Below are positions 13,010 through 25,910 of a stretch of 64,000 nt of DNA, piece after piece. This DNA comes from the human T2T-CHM13v2.0 reference genome, Homo sapiens: assembly GCF_009914755.1 (NCBI RefSeq), contig NC_060933.1; one strand, given 5' to 3'. The notes beneath the pieces were generated by a model. That model searched no databases and was not told where the DNA came from. It saw only the letters and a list, made by a program, of their open reading frames with translations. The position numbers were made by a program, and so were the translations under genes. The number at the start of each line of letters is the position of its first letter. Position 1 is the first letter of the stretch.

Positions 13010-15609
13010 AGGTAGCAACGGCTTCCTGCTGTTATCAACCTTTAGATTGATAAGGATTTTGTTTCTCAGTTTTCCTGTCACCTGTGTAGTCAATCTGGCG
13101 TTAAATTTCCTCTGTTTTAAACTCACAGTAGTTTCTATTTGGAGCTTGGCTGATATTTACATGCAATTATCATCTACTCTAAAGTGTAGGAATAATATAG
13201 CTGCTAAATTGCATCCATACCTATTTTATATATACAAAGGCAAGCCTCTTCCGATAATTTTAATAAACCCTCCAAATAATCAGAATATAGCATTCCTACC
13301 TTTCTTTTCTTATAGCCAAGAAAAAATGTCATGAACTTGGTGTCTTAGTAAGTGAACTTAGTGGCATGAACTTAGTGTCCCATAGGAGCAATGTTGATTT
13401 CCACTTTGATTGGTCAGAATCTTCAAATAACTGCGAATGAGAGCCAATATTTCTAAGATCATTTCAGCATCTCAGGCTTTTAGATATAAAATGAAGCAAA
13501 CATTAATTATTTATGTACTGTCACAGTTACGTATGGTCATAAACAATAGCTGACATTCCACAAGGTCTTTTCCGAATTCCAAAGAGCTCTATGAAAAGGT
13601 GACATCTTCGTGCCAACTCTAATGTCTTTGTTTTTTTAGACCGGTAGTTCCTATCTAGCCAGCTTCACACCGATTTGAAATGAAGAAGGAAGAAATTGTT
13701 TTGTTTTTATTATTTCTCTAAAAAGGTGTTTGGGGACATTTATCTCCTCTTTGAATTCCTTATAGCTGGGAGTTTGCAAAGGGACTTGGGGACTGCATGT
13801 CAATGTATTACTTTCTGAGATATTTCTGTAGGCTATTCATCTGCCCATAATCACTCTTTTTCATTTTTCCAGGCCTCAAACCAGTGCACTTCAATTTCTG
13901 GGGAGCTGATTACCAATCTGAACATTGCATTTCACATGCAGGAGCCACATTTTAGATTTTTCCTCATTTTTTTCTTCTTCTCACAGAATTCTTCAGCTTC
14001 TGCTATTTTTCCAATGATTCCCTTTTCTTAGGTACCTTGTTTTGCAACCCCATTTCACGGGCATGGCAGTCTGAAAAAAAATTATACTTTGCCTGAAAGG
14101 TAACAACAGCGTTCAAAGCATTGAGACAAGATTTTTGCATTAGGACTGAATTTTTCCATTATATTCTGTTTGCATTTCATTATTAGAAGTCTTCAGACTA
14201 GATTCTTGATTCTATAGGTCAATATATCGTAGTTCATTAAAACTGCATGTTTTGGAGGGCAGTTAGAAATGAAGGGTTCTGAAGACTAGGTGGTGGTTGT
14301 GATGGTGATTTTTTATCAAGATAATTAATACATCCTAGAAAGTTGAGATTATCTCTAGATGTGGGGTATTTGTGGGCAAACCTCAGAAGCAAAGAATCTT
14401 CTGCTAGTTTCTTCTTTACATAAACATCATCCTTTCTCACTGAACCACACATACAAAGTGGTGCTCTGAAATGTTCAAAACCACCTAAGAATGAAATAAA
14501 CTAGAGGTAAAATAGATGCTGGTGAAGAAATTAACATGAGTCAAGCCTCAGAAAATCCAACAAGGAAAAAGAAGCTGTTCCCATACCTTTATTTTTGCTC
14601 CTTTTTCACTGAGAATGGCTTCTGGTGCTATTTGTGTTCCTTTGGTCCCCTGGGATTCAAAATCACCCTCCACACTCTGGAAAGCCCACATCCAGCAGCA
14701 GCACCTTGACAAAGGTGAAGACCACTAGTTTATGTGGCTTGTTCATGAGATCTTTTCACCTCTTTTGTGATCATCAAAGAGATTAAAATGATTTGATTTT
14801 GAATCATTCTCAAAAGGTAAATATTAACATTCTCAGGCCATTTGGCCATGTGTCATCCCAGACCAGCTCCCAAGAGAGGCCAGGGGACATCCTGCACACT
14901 CTTCACAAGTACTCTGAAACAAAAAGATGGTGAATTTTAACAAAAAGGAGGCTCTCATAGATCTGAGGTGTCACTCAAATACAAGTGGTTTCCAAGTACA
15001 GAACTCCAGGGTGTTTTCTTTAAGGAGAAGTCATATGTTGGAAATAAATAAATGTAACTCAAGGGTTATGTATAATATCTTTGTTTATCACAAAACTTTT
15101 TACTAGTGGCAAAAGTTATGATTGCTTTTACATGGCTCATGCCATCATTACGTATTGTGTACGTTATAAAGGAAATCAAGAACATATTGAATTTGGAGCA
15201 CAATTCTGGTTAATGTATCAGGGTTAAAAGTTGTAAATTTTAATAATGCTAATTTTAAAATCTTTGATGTTCACCTGAGCTTCTGCAATACTTTGAAGGC
15301 AAAAGGAAGATGACCTGTACTTAAGTGAATGTAAAGCAATTGTGCTTATGAATTTTGTTTCTCAAGTAAAGCAAGAGCTAACGGTATGTAAAAGCAATTA
15401 CCACTCTGCCCCAGCAAAGTTGTTAGGCCAGCAAGGTAGAAGAGGTTAGAATTGCTATATGTGGACTCTTTTTATCAGTCTCAGGAGTAATGATCCAAGT
15501 TCCACAGGAAGGGAGAATAAGGAAATGAAAAAGTCTCACCTCTAAAATTTATATTACTCCCAGTTGGAAAGAATACTATGGATTTCCAGATCACATGGCC
15601 ACATACCAT

Positions 15610-15830
15610 AAGAACAAGATCTTGGAAGTCAGGCCAACTGGGTTTCTAATCTGCATTGTATCAATTTGTTCTTGTCTGTTTTTCAGCAATTTCTCTCAGC
15701 CACAGTTTCTTCGTCTGTAAAATGGTGATGATATGATTCCAAGAAAATTTCCAAAACTAAATTAAATAATACATACACAATGTTTAATTGTGGTACCTAA
15801 AAACCTTGTTTGTCTGACAAATAAGTTTAT
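15610..15830 (+). mobile_element. MIR
   Basis: Core cagtttcttcgtctgtaaaatgg. Confidence 0.6.
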
Positions 15831-16184
15831 TTTCCAGTAGAAATACAAAACAAAAAGTGCAACAGCATATATTATTTTTATATTACTCAATATTTGGCTA
15901 TTATTACACTTTTTCTCATCTCCATTAATATTGATAATTAACAGTTAACTTTAAAATATGAGAGCCTTAGAGATTTTGCCATTTTAAAATCCTCTTTGGA
16001 TTCAAAATGAGTCCAATTGTTTACTTTCTTTTTGAAATAAGGAACTTGGTGTGCATCCCACTGATCAATATTTTTATGGATGTAATAACCAAGTCACACC
16101 AGCTACATAAATAGTCTCACAGTTAGCATGATACAGGTCATTCATATGAAATAAGAAAAAAGTCAAATTAAATCCATAGGTTAG

Positions 16185-16644
16185 TGAAAGGAAAATAAAA
16201 CGGAACACCAATTCACTGTGCCAAAAAGAAAAAAAATTAAGCTGAAAGCTGAGTCATGCAAGAAACTGCCTTTCCCTTTGTTCCTAAGCAGATAACTACA
16301 GATAAAAGATTAAATATCTCCACAGATAGCCACTTTACGTTCACCTTGCCTTATGTGAAGTGCTGATTTACTGAGCACAAGACAAACACATAATTGACTA
16401 TTCCCCTACCCCTTCTCTCTTGCAACATGTGGATTCAGTAATGTGACCATACCCTCCCTCTTTCCTCTCTAGCCTGCTTTTCCCCTTTAAATACTGAAGC
16501 CCTCAAAATCATCTCTGGAGAAAAACACAGTCCGCAGGACTGTTTCTGTGATTTTGTATTCCTTTCTTCCAGGCATGTCCTTAACCTTGGCAAAACAAAC
16601 TTCTAAGTTGATTGAGACCTGTCTCAGGTATTTTTTGGTTTACA
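16185..16644 (+). mobile_element. ERV1 (MER4-group) solo LTR
   Basis: TG...CA termini (tgaaaggaaaataaa ... ttttttggtttaca); LTR-type U3 and ttaaccttggcaaaa 3' motif. Confidence 0.8.
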
Positions 16645-16829
16645 TGTTACTGCCATTTAAAAATAGATTATATTGTATATCATCAAAGTGTTACTTCTGA
16701 TGTGATACTTCTGAAAACAGGGAAATATAGGCCTGGGAAAGCAGGTCCTTTTTCCTCTAGCCATAAACTGGATTTGTAAATAAAACGCCTGCGTCTTTCA
16801 AGCTACAAAAATATATAATCAGCTATGGG

Positions 16830-19085
16830 GGGATACAGAGGTCAAAATTCCTCTCCCCACTCCACCCACCATCCCAAATAAAGCAAGATTAAAACTGGAA
16901 AAAAATTATTCAAAACAATTACTTTGGGGTTCTGGCAATCAGTCAAAGACAGACAACAAATTGGGAAGCATTTATTCATTGAAATCTGCTTAACTTTGGG
17001 TAAGAACAGTAGAATTCCATGATCTTTTTGTCTAGGGCTGCTCCTATAACACCTCCCAGCCACTACCCCCCACCACCCCCCTAAACACACACACACTTTA
17101 TCCATGAAGTTGTTTTACAAGAGCTGAGTTGGCCAAGAAAACCAGCAGCTTTCTTCGAAAGGAGAAAGACTTGATTTGGGGCAGGAGGTGAAAAGCCACA
17201 CCAAGTGAGCCAAAATCATCTTTGGAGAAAAACGTGCCAGTAAAAGAGCCAAACTCAGCAGAAAATAAATGAGGCAAATCCATAGTTCTGCTAGCTTAAG
17301 ATTGAAGTTAGAGCAAATGGTAAGCTAACAAGAGAGATAACAGGAAGAGCCTGGAAATGAGAGAGACATACAACGGCTAGATAAGCAAGCTACACATCCC
17401 CATATGACTGGTAACCTAAATATGCATGTGAGGGAAATTTGAAGTGGCCTGGTAGAAAGTAAAAGCTAAAGCAAAAGAATTACCTGAACTTTGGATATAC
17501 TCTCAAGACCACTAACAGATCTACCAGCAGTAGGTGGGAGATTATGGGTGCGAGGTTTTTGAATACAACTTAAGCTCAAATCACTGGTGGCAACTAAAGT
17601 ATATAGGCACAGGAACAACCATTAGGAAGCCAGACAAGAAATAAAAATAAGAGTTTACAAACTGAGTGGAAACATTTGTGACCATATACTGCAGGATAAA
17701 TTCTGCAGATCAAGTTCAAGAAAGTTTCAAAATATAAAATAAAGCCCTCAAAGGGAAAAATGAAAATTCAGGAGTACTATGATACACCATCTAAAATGTC
17801 AAATTTTCAATAAAAATTACAAGACATGAGAAGAAACAGGTACATGTGACTCATACCCAAGGGGGTCAGGGGAGGACAGGAAAAAATAAATACTAACTAA
17901 CTTTGAGTCAGTACACATGTTGGATTTAGCTGACTATAATTTCAAAGCAGCTAATAAAATTATGTTTGAAGAACTGAAGAAACCACGTTTGAAGAATTAA
18001 AGGAAAATATGAGAATGAATCAACAAATTAGAAATCTCAATGGAGAAACAGAAATAAGAAAAAAGAAACAAATAGACACTTTAGACTTGAACAATGATCA
18101 AAATGAAACATTTAGTAGATAGGCTGAATGGCATATTTGAGATGTCAGGAGAAAAAAATTAATGAACTTGACAATAGGTCAATAGAAATTATCTAATCTA
18201 AACAAATTATCTAATCTAAAGAATAGAAAGAAAAATTTAAAGAAAAATGACCAGAATCTCAGAGACTTATGGGACAACACCAACTGTAGCCAACATATGT
18301 GTAAGGGACGTTACGAATGAGAAGACAGAAAGAATGAGTAGAAAAACTATTTGAAAAAAATGGGTAAAAACTTCCTAAATTTGATTTTAAAATAACATTA
18401 ATCTAACAATTCAAGAAACTCAACAAACACTAATTACTATAGACACAGAGATTCACACATAGACATCTCACAGTTAAAAACCTGAAAGTCAAAGACAAAT
18501 GTCAAAATCTCAAAAACAGTAAGAGAAAAATGACTCATCACATACAAGAGACAGCAATACAATTAATGGCTGACTTCATGTCAGAAACAATAAAATCCAC
18601 AGGGCAATAGAATGACATATGCATAATACTGAAAAAATAAACCCTGTCAACCAAGAAATCTATATTTAGCAAAACCCTCCTTCAAAAATAAATAGGAAAT
18701 AAAGATATTCCAGGATAAATTAAGACAGAAAAATCATTACTAGTAGATCTGCCTCATAAATACTAAAGAAAATCCTTCATGTTGAAAGAAAATGATACCA
18801 GAGTTAACTCAGATACACAGAAAGAAATGAAGAGTACTAGAGTTGGTAAATATGCATGTAGGAATAAAAGGCTGTATAAGTATACATTTTTTTCTTTTCC
18901 TTTCTTGACTTATTTTAAAAACATAAGATTATATAAAGCAGTAATTGTAACACTGGATTATAAGGGGTTTATATATATCATATAATATATATATGATAAT
19001 AATAATACAAAGGAGTGGGAAGAAAAAGGAGCTATGATGGAATAAAGTTACTATTTTGCACCTGAATTGAGCCAGTATTAACCTG
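16830..19085 (+). mobile_element. Old L1M 5' region/ORF1 remnant
   Basis: A-rich, with ORF1 motifs (aatgaacttga..atagaaattatc, tcagagacttatgggacaacacc, gctgacttc..cagaaacaat). Confidence 0.75.
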
Positions 19086-19471
19086 AGTGATGAATTAAAA
19101 GTTCCTTCTGCCTGGCAGCCATGGCTGTGTCACCCCAGACCCAACTGTTTGAACCAGGGGTGGACAACTGTATTAGAGGTGACTTAAAGTTTTGCACAGA
19201 AAAAAGAAGATCTGGCCCATTTAGATCCTCTTTCAGGTATTTGAATTGGGAAATAGAAATGTTGTGATCAACTGCAGAAGTTGAAGAAGAGAATAAAGGA
19301 GGGTAAATAGGAGCTGAGTTGGCATCATTCAAGCCCAAATTATGAACAAGATAATGTTATGGTGCGTGAGGGTGACAGAATTCTGAGTAAGCAGAGCAAG
19401 CCAACTGGAGGAAAGTGAGAAGGAGAAAAATGGAATGGGAATGCTGTGAGAAGCAAGCGTGAGACATCAAG

Positions 19472-19927
19472 TGTTGTGGGTTGAATGCTGTACATCAAAA
19501 ACACACGTTCAAATCCTAGCCCCCAGTACCCCTGAATGTGACCTTATTTGGAAATAGGGTCTTTGCAGATGTAATCAAATTAAGATGAGATCGAACTGGA
19601 TTACAGTGGGTCCTAATCCATAATCCAATGACGGGTGTCCTTAAAGGAAGAGGTAAATGTGGACACAGAGAAACACAGACAGGAAGGCCATGCAAAAGCA
19701 GAGACAGAGATTGCCACAAGCCAAGGGACACCAAGGATGGCCAGCAACCACCAGAAACTAGAAGAAGCAAGGAAAGATTCTTCTTGGAGCCTTCAGGGGA
19801 GCATGGCCCTGCTGACACTTTGACTTCAGACTTTTAAGTCTCCAGAACTGTGAGAAAATAAATTTCTATGTTTTTAAGCCACCAAGTTTGTGATACTTGG
19901 TTATAGCAACCCTAGGAACCTAATACA
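19472..19927 (+). mobile_element. MLT1B/C-like LTR
   Basis: tgttgtgggttgaat..gaatgtgaccttatttggaaatagggtctttgcagatgtaatc..ctaataca. Confidence 0.9.
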
Positions 19928-20504
19928 CCAGGTAATGTTTGAATGAAGAAGAGAACAGCTTCTATTCTTGAATCCAGCTCCCAGGTAACCTGGCTGAGGC
20001 TACTTACCCTTAGAATCTCATGAGAGCTCCCTGAATCCTAAACATAGGCTTGTCATGTGAATATGAGTGGGCCTCTGCTTGCATCAAAAAGAGCCAAAAG
20101 AGAACATGGATGGCAACACAAGAAAAAATAAGCTTCTATTTCCAAGTCCAGCAGTACCAGTGATCGTGCTTTTCACAGTTTATAATTAATCTAAAATATA
20201 AAGTAGTTAAGGGGATAGAAATGGCCCTAGAAAAGGTATAGAAAGAAAGAAATCTACTTACAGCAAGTAAGCTGGCAGTCTCAAATATTGCCCAACTATA
20301 TATTTTCATTGCTGAGGGAAAATCTATAAGAAACAGGACATTAAGACATCAGCTAAGAAGTGTTCTCTCTGTTTTTCATGCTTCTCTAGCAAATTGGTTA
20401 CTGATAATAAATTGAGACTGGGTTTATGGTCTGCTAATGGATGACTCAATAATCCACTCTTGCGCAGGGATAATATAAATGTGTGAATTCACATCTATTA
20501 GGCA

Positions 20505-21035
20505 CTGTTGTTTATGTGTATAAATTTTTCTGGGCCACAGTACCTAGATATTTGATCAAACATTTTTCTGGGCATTTCTGTGAGGGTACTTTTAGATGAG
20601 ATTTACATTTAAATCCATGGACTTTGAATAAATTAGATTGCCCTCCATAATGTTGGTAAACCTCATCCAATCAGTTGATGGCCTGAGAAGAATAAAAGAC
20701 TGACCTCCCCCAAGCAAGAGTGAATTCTGCCAGTGTGACAGGAACTCAGACTCAAACTGTAACACTGGCTATTCTCTAGGCCTTTAGCCTACTGGCCTGC
20801 CCTACAAATTTTGGACTTGCTATCCTCCAGAATTATGTAAATCAATTCTTTATCTTTCTCTCTCTCATACAGATAGATAGATACATACATACATATAATA
20901 TATATGTAATATATGTGCATATATATATACACACATTATACAAATGTGTATATGTGCACACACACACACAAACACACACACACACACACACACATCCTAT
21001 TGGTTCCATTTCCCTGAAAAACCCTGACTAATATA
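20505..21035 (+). mobile_element. MLT2 (ERVL) LTR
   Basis: gattgccctccataatg..ctcatccaatcagttga..tcctattggtt..accctgactaata. Confidence 0.85.
20870..20995. repeat. Compound (TAGA)/(TA)/(CA)n microsatellite inside MLT2
   Basis: Directly visible. Confidence 0.9.
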
Positions 21036-21640
21036 GGCACTTTCTATGTGTAAGTCGCTTTTACTTAAAAATTCACTAATTCAAATTTTAACAAATGTTA
21101 GCTAAGCATTTACTAGACACTGTACTAGGAGCTGAAAATATAAGAAAGAAAAAATAAAGTTCAGAGAAGAAAAAAAAGAAAAGAAAAGAAAAAGAAAAAG
21201 AAAAAAGTCCCTGACCTCAAGAAACATGATCTCACCAAAATCTCACAATTGCTCTGTTATTATCCTTATTTCATGTAACAACACTTAGCTTTGGAGAGCA
21301 TAATAACATGGCAGTCACTAAGTGCCCAAGCTAGGCTTTCAAAGCCAGCACTGTAACTCCAAACCTTGGACTCTTTTAATTACTCTCCATTGCTTCCCTT
21401 GGATAAATTGAATAAATAAATAAATCCACAGACCCATTGCTAGATTCAATTCCAACTTAACTATTCCTGTGATTGAACTTTTAAAAATTTTGATAACAAC
21501 ATTCACTCTCCTTGGCCTTATTTGTGATGAAAATGCTAGGGTAGAGAGGAAAGGTGAAATAACATAAAATTATACAAGATACCAGTCTCCTCTTACCGGG
21601 TTCATCGGCCCCTAGGAAATTGTGCGTGATGAGGAGGACT

Positions 21641-21985
21641 CTCTTAGTCAATTTAGGTTGCTATAACGAAATACTATAGACTGGGTGACTTAGAAAACAA
21701 ACCTTTTTTTTCATAGTTCTAAAGGCTGTGAGGACCACGATCAAGATGCTGGCAGATTCAGTTATTGGCGTGGGACCTCTTCTTGGCTTGCAAACAGCTG
21801 CCTTCTCACTGTATCCTCACATGGCAGAGAGAGGGAGCACATTCTGGTGTCTCTTCCTCTTCTTATGAGGAAATTAAGCCAACCACAAGGGCTCCACCCT
21901 CAAAACTTCATCTTAACCTAAATACCTCCCAAAGATCCCATCTCCAAATGCCATCATGCTGGGGGTTATGGCTTCAACATAAATG
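21641..21985 (-). mobile_element. MLT1A/MST-like MaLR LTR
   Basis: tcttagtc..gctataac..actgggtgactta..tcaagatgctggcagattc..ccatctccaaat. Confidence 0.85.
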
Positions 21986-22924
21986 TTCGTATGTTGAAAA
22001 TAACAAATACCCTCTACTGCTGTTTATTCAAAAAGAGAAAGTCAAGCCTTATCAAGAACTATTACAAACTCACAATTAATTTACACTTTCCAGTCTTATT
22101 AATTCTTCCTATGCCACATTTATTTACTTCATTGCCCTTGGCTCAACGCAAACATAACTATAAAAACCATGACCAGAGAATTTAACTAGTTGTGGAGTAG
22201 GTTTGTTTGTTTGTTTGTTTGTTTATTTGTCATTTCGTGCAGTTTACCACAGAGATAAATTTTTCTTTTCAGTCAAAAATCAACTCACCTGATAGATTAA
22301 AGAACTCTACCCAATGGAAAGCTGTTCAAGCAAATACAAGAAACATTTCACCCTGAGTTTCATCCTGGTGGTATTCCAAGAAATTTTATCCCACAAATCT
22401 TATCAATGAAATTGGTAAGAGTATCTTCAGCCTCCAAGGAAGTGCTCAGAAACTTCTGAAATCCCTTTCTTCTATGAAGCCTTTCCTGCACACAAATCTG
22501 CTCCTGTCTTGGACAGACATAATTAAAACATGCCACAGGGCATAGTACACACTAACAGGTAACATAAAATGGCAACTAATGTATTAGACATGCCTTTTCT
22601 CACTGATTTCATTTTCTAAACTTTTGTTGATTACTTTACTTCATGTTTTTTGAAACATCTCTTCCACTGTCTATCTCCTGATGATCTGCCCACAGAAATG
22701 AGCTCTGCCCTAGATTACACACTCCTAAAATGTCAATCACAGCACCAACAAAGAAAGACATTGGCTATCCACATTCTATGCATTTTTCAAAGTCTAGCTC
22801 AAATCCTACATCTTCACGACTCTTCCTCTGACAACTCACCTGTAACCATTTATTCTCTTTGAACACCTATCTATAACTTCTGTCACTCTGTGACTCACTC
22901 CAGCTATTAAACATATTTTTTTTT

Positions 22925-23200
22925 GCAGTGGCTCACACCTGTAATCCCAGCACTTTGGGAGGTCGAGGTGAGCAGATGGCTTGAGCTCACAAGTTTGGTA
23001 CCAGTCTGGGCAACATGGCAAATCCCCGTCTCTACCAGAAAATACAAAAATAAGCCGGGCTTGGTGGTGCATGCCTGTAGTCCCAATTACTTGGGAGGAT
23101 GAGGTGGGAGAACAGCTTGAGCCTGGGAGGCAGAGGTTGCAGTGGGCTGAGATCACATCACTTCACTCCAGCCTGGGCAATAGAGTCAGGCCCCTTGTCT
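22925..23200 (+). mobile_element. AluJ (Jb-like)
   Basis: gcttgagctc, ctgggcaacatggcaa; tail replaced by (TA)n. Confidence 0.9.
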
Positions 23201-23202
23201 TT

Positions 23203-23358
23203 TATATATATATATATTATATATATATTATATATATAATATATATAATATATATATAATATATATGTATGTATGTATGTATATACACACACACACACAA
23301 ATACACACATATTAACGTATATACACACACACGTATACAAATATGTGTGTATATATAT
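23203..23358. repeat. Interrupted (TA)n/(TATG)n/(CA)n microsatellite
   Basis: Directly visible. Confidence 0.95.
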
Positions 23359-23774
23359 TTGTTTTTGGAGAGAGCCTCGGAATGGAAGACCAAGCTGAGA
23401 ATGGCCATCACATATGAAATTTGCCATTTGAGAGATCTTAGGGAAAAGAATTCATGTTAAAAGAAAGAGAATTGAGGTGGTACGGTTGGTTCAAGGTCAC
23501 TGGGTTCTTCCTGAGGGGAGGGATGATTATATGTTTGTGTCTAACTCTCAAATTATTCACAGTACAGTTTTCAAGGTTCAGTTCCTGAGTCCTGGGGTGA
23601 GAAATGGGCTGCAATAAACATTACATTAAAATGAAAGAACTGTATCATCTATTTGATAAGAAACTTTGGAGATTGAACTGCTTTTCTGCAGAGGGTAAAA
23701 ATGAAGCAACAGACATTTTCAGCATACCAGTAACATGATATTCAGGATTTTCCCTTAGAAACAACAGAGGATAA

Positions 23775-24080
23775 GGCCAGGCATGGTAGCTCACGCCTAT
23801 AACTTCAGAGACTCAGGAGAATCACTTAAAACCAGAAGTTTGAGACCAGCCTAGGCAACATAACAAGACCTCATCTCTGCAAAAAATAGGAAAATTATAA
23901 TAGCTGGGTGTGGTGGTGCGTACCTCTAGTCCCAGCTACTCAGGAGACTGAGGTGGGAGGATCCCTTGAGCCCCGGAGGTCAAGGCTGCAGTGAGCTATG
24001 ATTGTACCACTGCACTCCAGCCTGGACAACAGAGCAAGACCCTGTCTCCAAATAATAATAATAGTAATAAATTAAATTAA
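23775..24080 (+). mobile_element. AluJo-like, with small left-arm deletion
   Basis: gtcaaggctgcagtgagctatgat diagnostic; degenerate TSD agaaaYaacagaRgata. Confidence 0.9.
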
Positions 24081-24486
24081 AAAGAAATAACAGAAGATAC
24101 ACAATCAGACACTCCCAGGCTCAGGGTATTGTCCACACCCAGAAGTCAGGCTAGCAGGAGTCTCCAGTGTTATGACCTCAGACAAGCTAAACAAGCTGTA
24201 GCAAAAATGTCATGGTGTTAAAGATGGAACTACAAAAGGGAGCATGTGTGAGAAATTCTTTAGCAGCCTAGGGGGTTAGGAAGAACTTCAGAGAAGCTGA
24301 AGCTTTTTAAATGATACAGCCCTGGAGGGAAAAAAATAAAGAAGGCATATGGGATATTTTTGTCTACCAATTCTGTTACCCTTTTGGACAGGTTAGGTGG
24401 CATATTTACTGCTTTTTATTTTTATTTAAATATATTTGGGAGTATTCTTTAATTGCAAATTCTCTGAGGGTATATACTTTATTGCA

Positions 24487-24816
24487 CAGTCCTCCCTCAG
24501 TATCCAGGGATCAGTTCCAGGACCCCCATGGATGCAAAATCTGTAGATATTCAAGTCTCTAGTATAAAATAGCATGGTATTTGCATGTAACTTGCTGACA
24601 TATAACTTACCCCCATACACTTTTAATCACCTCCAGATTACTTAGGATACTCAACACAATGTAAGTCCTATGTAAATAGTTGTTACACTGTATCAGCTTT
24701 TTATTTATATTATTTTTATTGTTGTATTGTTACTTTTATTTTGTTTTTCTGAATGTTTTTGATCTGTGGTTGGCTGGTGTGCAGATGCACAACCTGTGGA
24801 TACAGAGGGCCAACTG
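24487..24816. mobile_element. MER2 (TcMar-Tigger)
   Basis: Imperfect TIRs cagtcctccctcagtatcc / ggatacagagggccaactg, TA at the right end; ttccaggacccc body. Confidence 0.85.
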
Positions 24817-25582
24817 TACAGGCTTTTAGTACCTCCCATTCAACACAGTGCTGGCTATTGAAAAGCACATGCACACACATTCATTATTGGTTAAACTGAA
24901 TTAAGAAATGCTTTTTTATTATGATAGTGAGAATGCTGAGTTCTTCTGCTTGTCTACTTCAAATATAATCTACTGGTCTTGCTTTTGCATATACAGGATG
25001 TATAAGATTTGTAAGAAAATAAGCAAGTGGCAGAAAATTAATAGAGCAGACAAAGCTAAGGGAAATTAGTTGGGCAGCTTATGCAAAGCCTGTATTTTGG
25101 CTGATGTTCAACCTCATTTATTTATTATTTTTTCTTTTATTCATCTGGGGCTAAAATGTGTGTTCTCTCATTTCAAGAGTAAGAAAGCAAAAACAGAGGG
25201 ACTGTTTGAGTCACAGCAAATATATTTTCCAAAGAAGATTATATATGTCACTTACAAGTTAGATTTGAAGTGAATAGTGAAGGGAAAGGATTAGGAATTA
25301 CGTTACAAAACTATGAAGAGAAAAGATGAATTAAATAACGTGGAGGACAGCAGTGAATATTGAATCTATAAACTCTGACCAGTCTTATCCACATTTTACA
25401 TTCTTGACTCTATAAATTGAAGATATTGCCACTTGTGTGGGGAAGAGGTATGAAAGGTTAGACCATGATATTTTAAAACAAAGCAGAGATGCAGCAGAGG
25501 CTGTGATTTGCCTCATGAAAATTTATTGAATCCTAGTTAGTTTGGAAGCTATGAGAGAAAGAAAGAGCTAGGACACTTTAAA

Positions 25583-25910
25583 GCAGCGTTGGTAAACTAT
25601 AGCCCATGGCTCAAATCCAGTCTACTGCCTGATTTTGTTCAGCCCATAAACTAGGAATCATTCTTACGTTTTTAAATAGCTGAAAAGAAAATCAAAAGAC
25701 AAATAATATGTGTGACACATGAAATTATAAGCAATTTAAATTCCAGATTCCATAAACAGAATGTCATAGGAACATAGGCATACTTGTTTGTTTCTACGGG
25801 TGCTTTTGAACTATAATGGCAGACTTGAGCAGTTGTGCTAGAGACCACAGTATGTGCCAAGCCCTAACTATTCACTCTCTGGTTCTTTACGGAAAGTTGA
25901 ATGACTCTCG
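25583..25910 (+). mobile_element. MER58-like hAT-Charlie
   Basis: ggtaaactatagcccatgg..caaatccag..ttgagcagttgtgctagagacc. Confidence 0.7.

Larger units (their letters stand above)
11720..13160 (+). mobile_element. Old ERVL-type LTR (LTR33-like) hosting two nested MaLR LTRs
   Basis: Flanks join as ccagacta..|..ggtagcaacggcttcctgctgtt; LTR-like 3' end near 13150. Confidence 0.35.

Noticed and set aside
13331-13380. Three TGAACTTRGTG copies as a nuclear-receptor element
   Set aside because: Spacings of 15 and 8 are not standard; more likely slippage
13620-13900. Plus-strand acceptor-like tracts (13639, 13872)
   Set aside because: No paired strong donors or coding signal
23158-23460. Tyr/Ile/Val/Cys-rich ORFs
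   Set aside because: Microsatellite read-through
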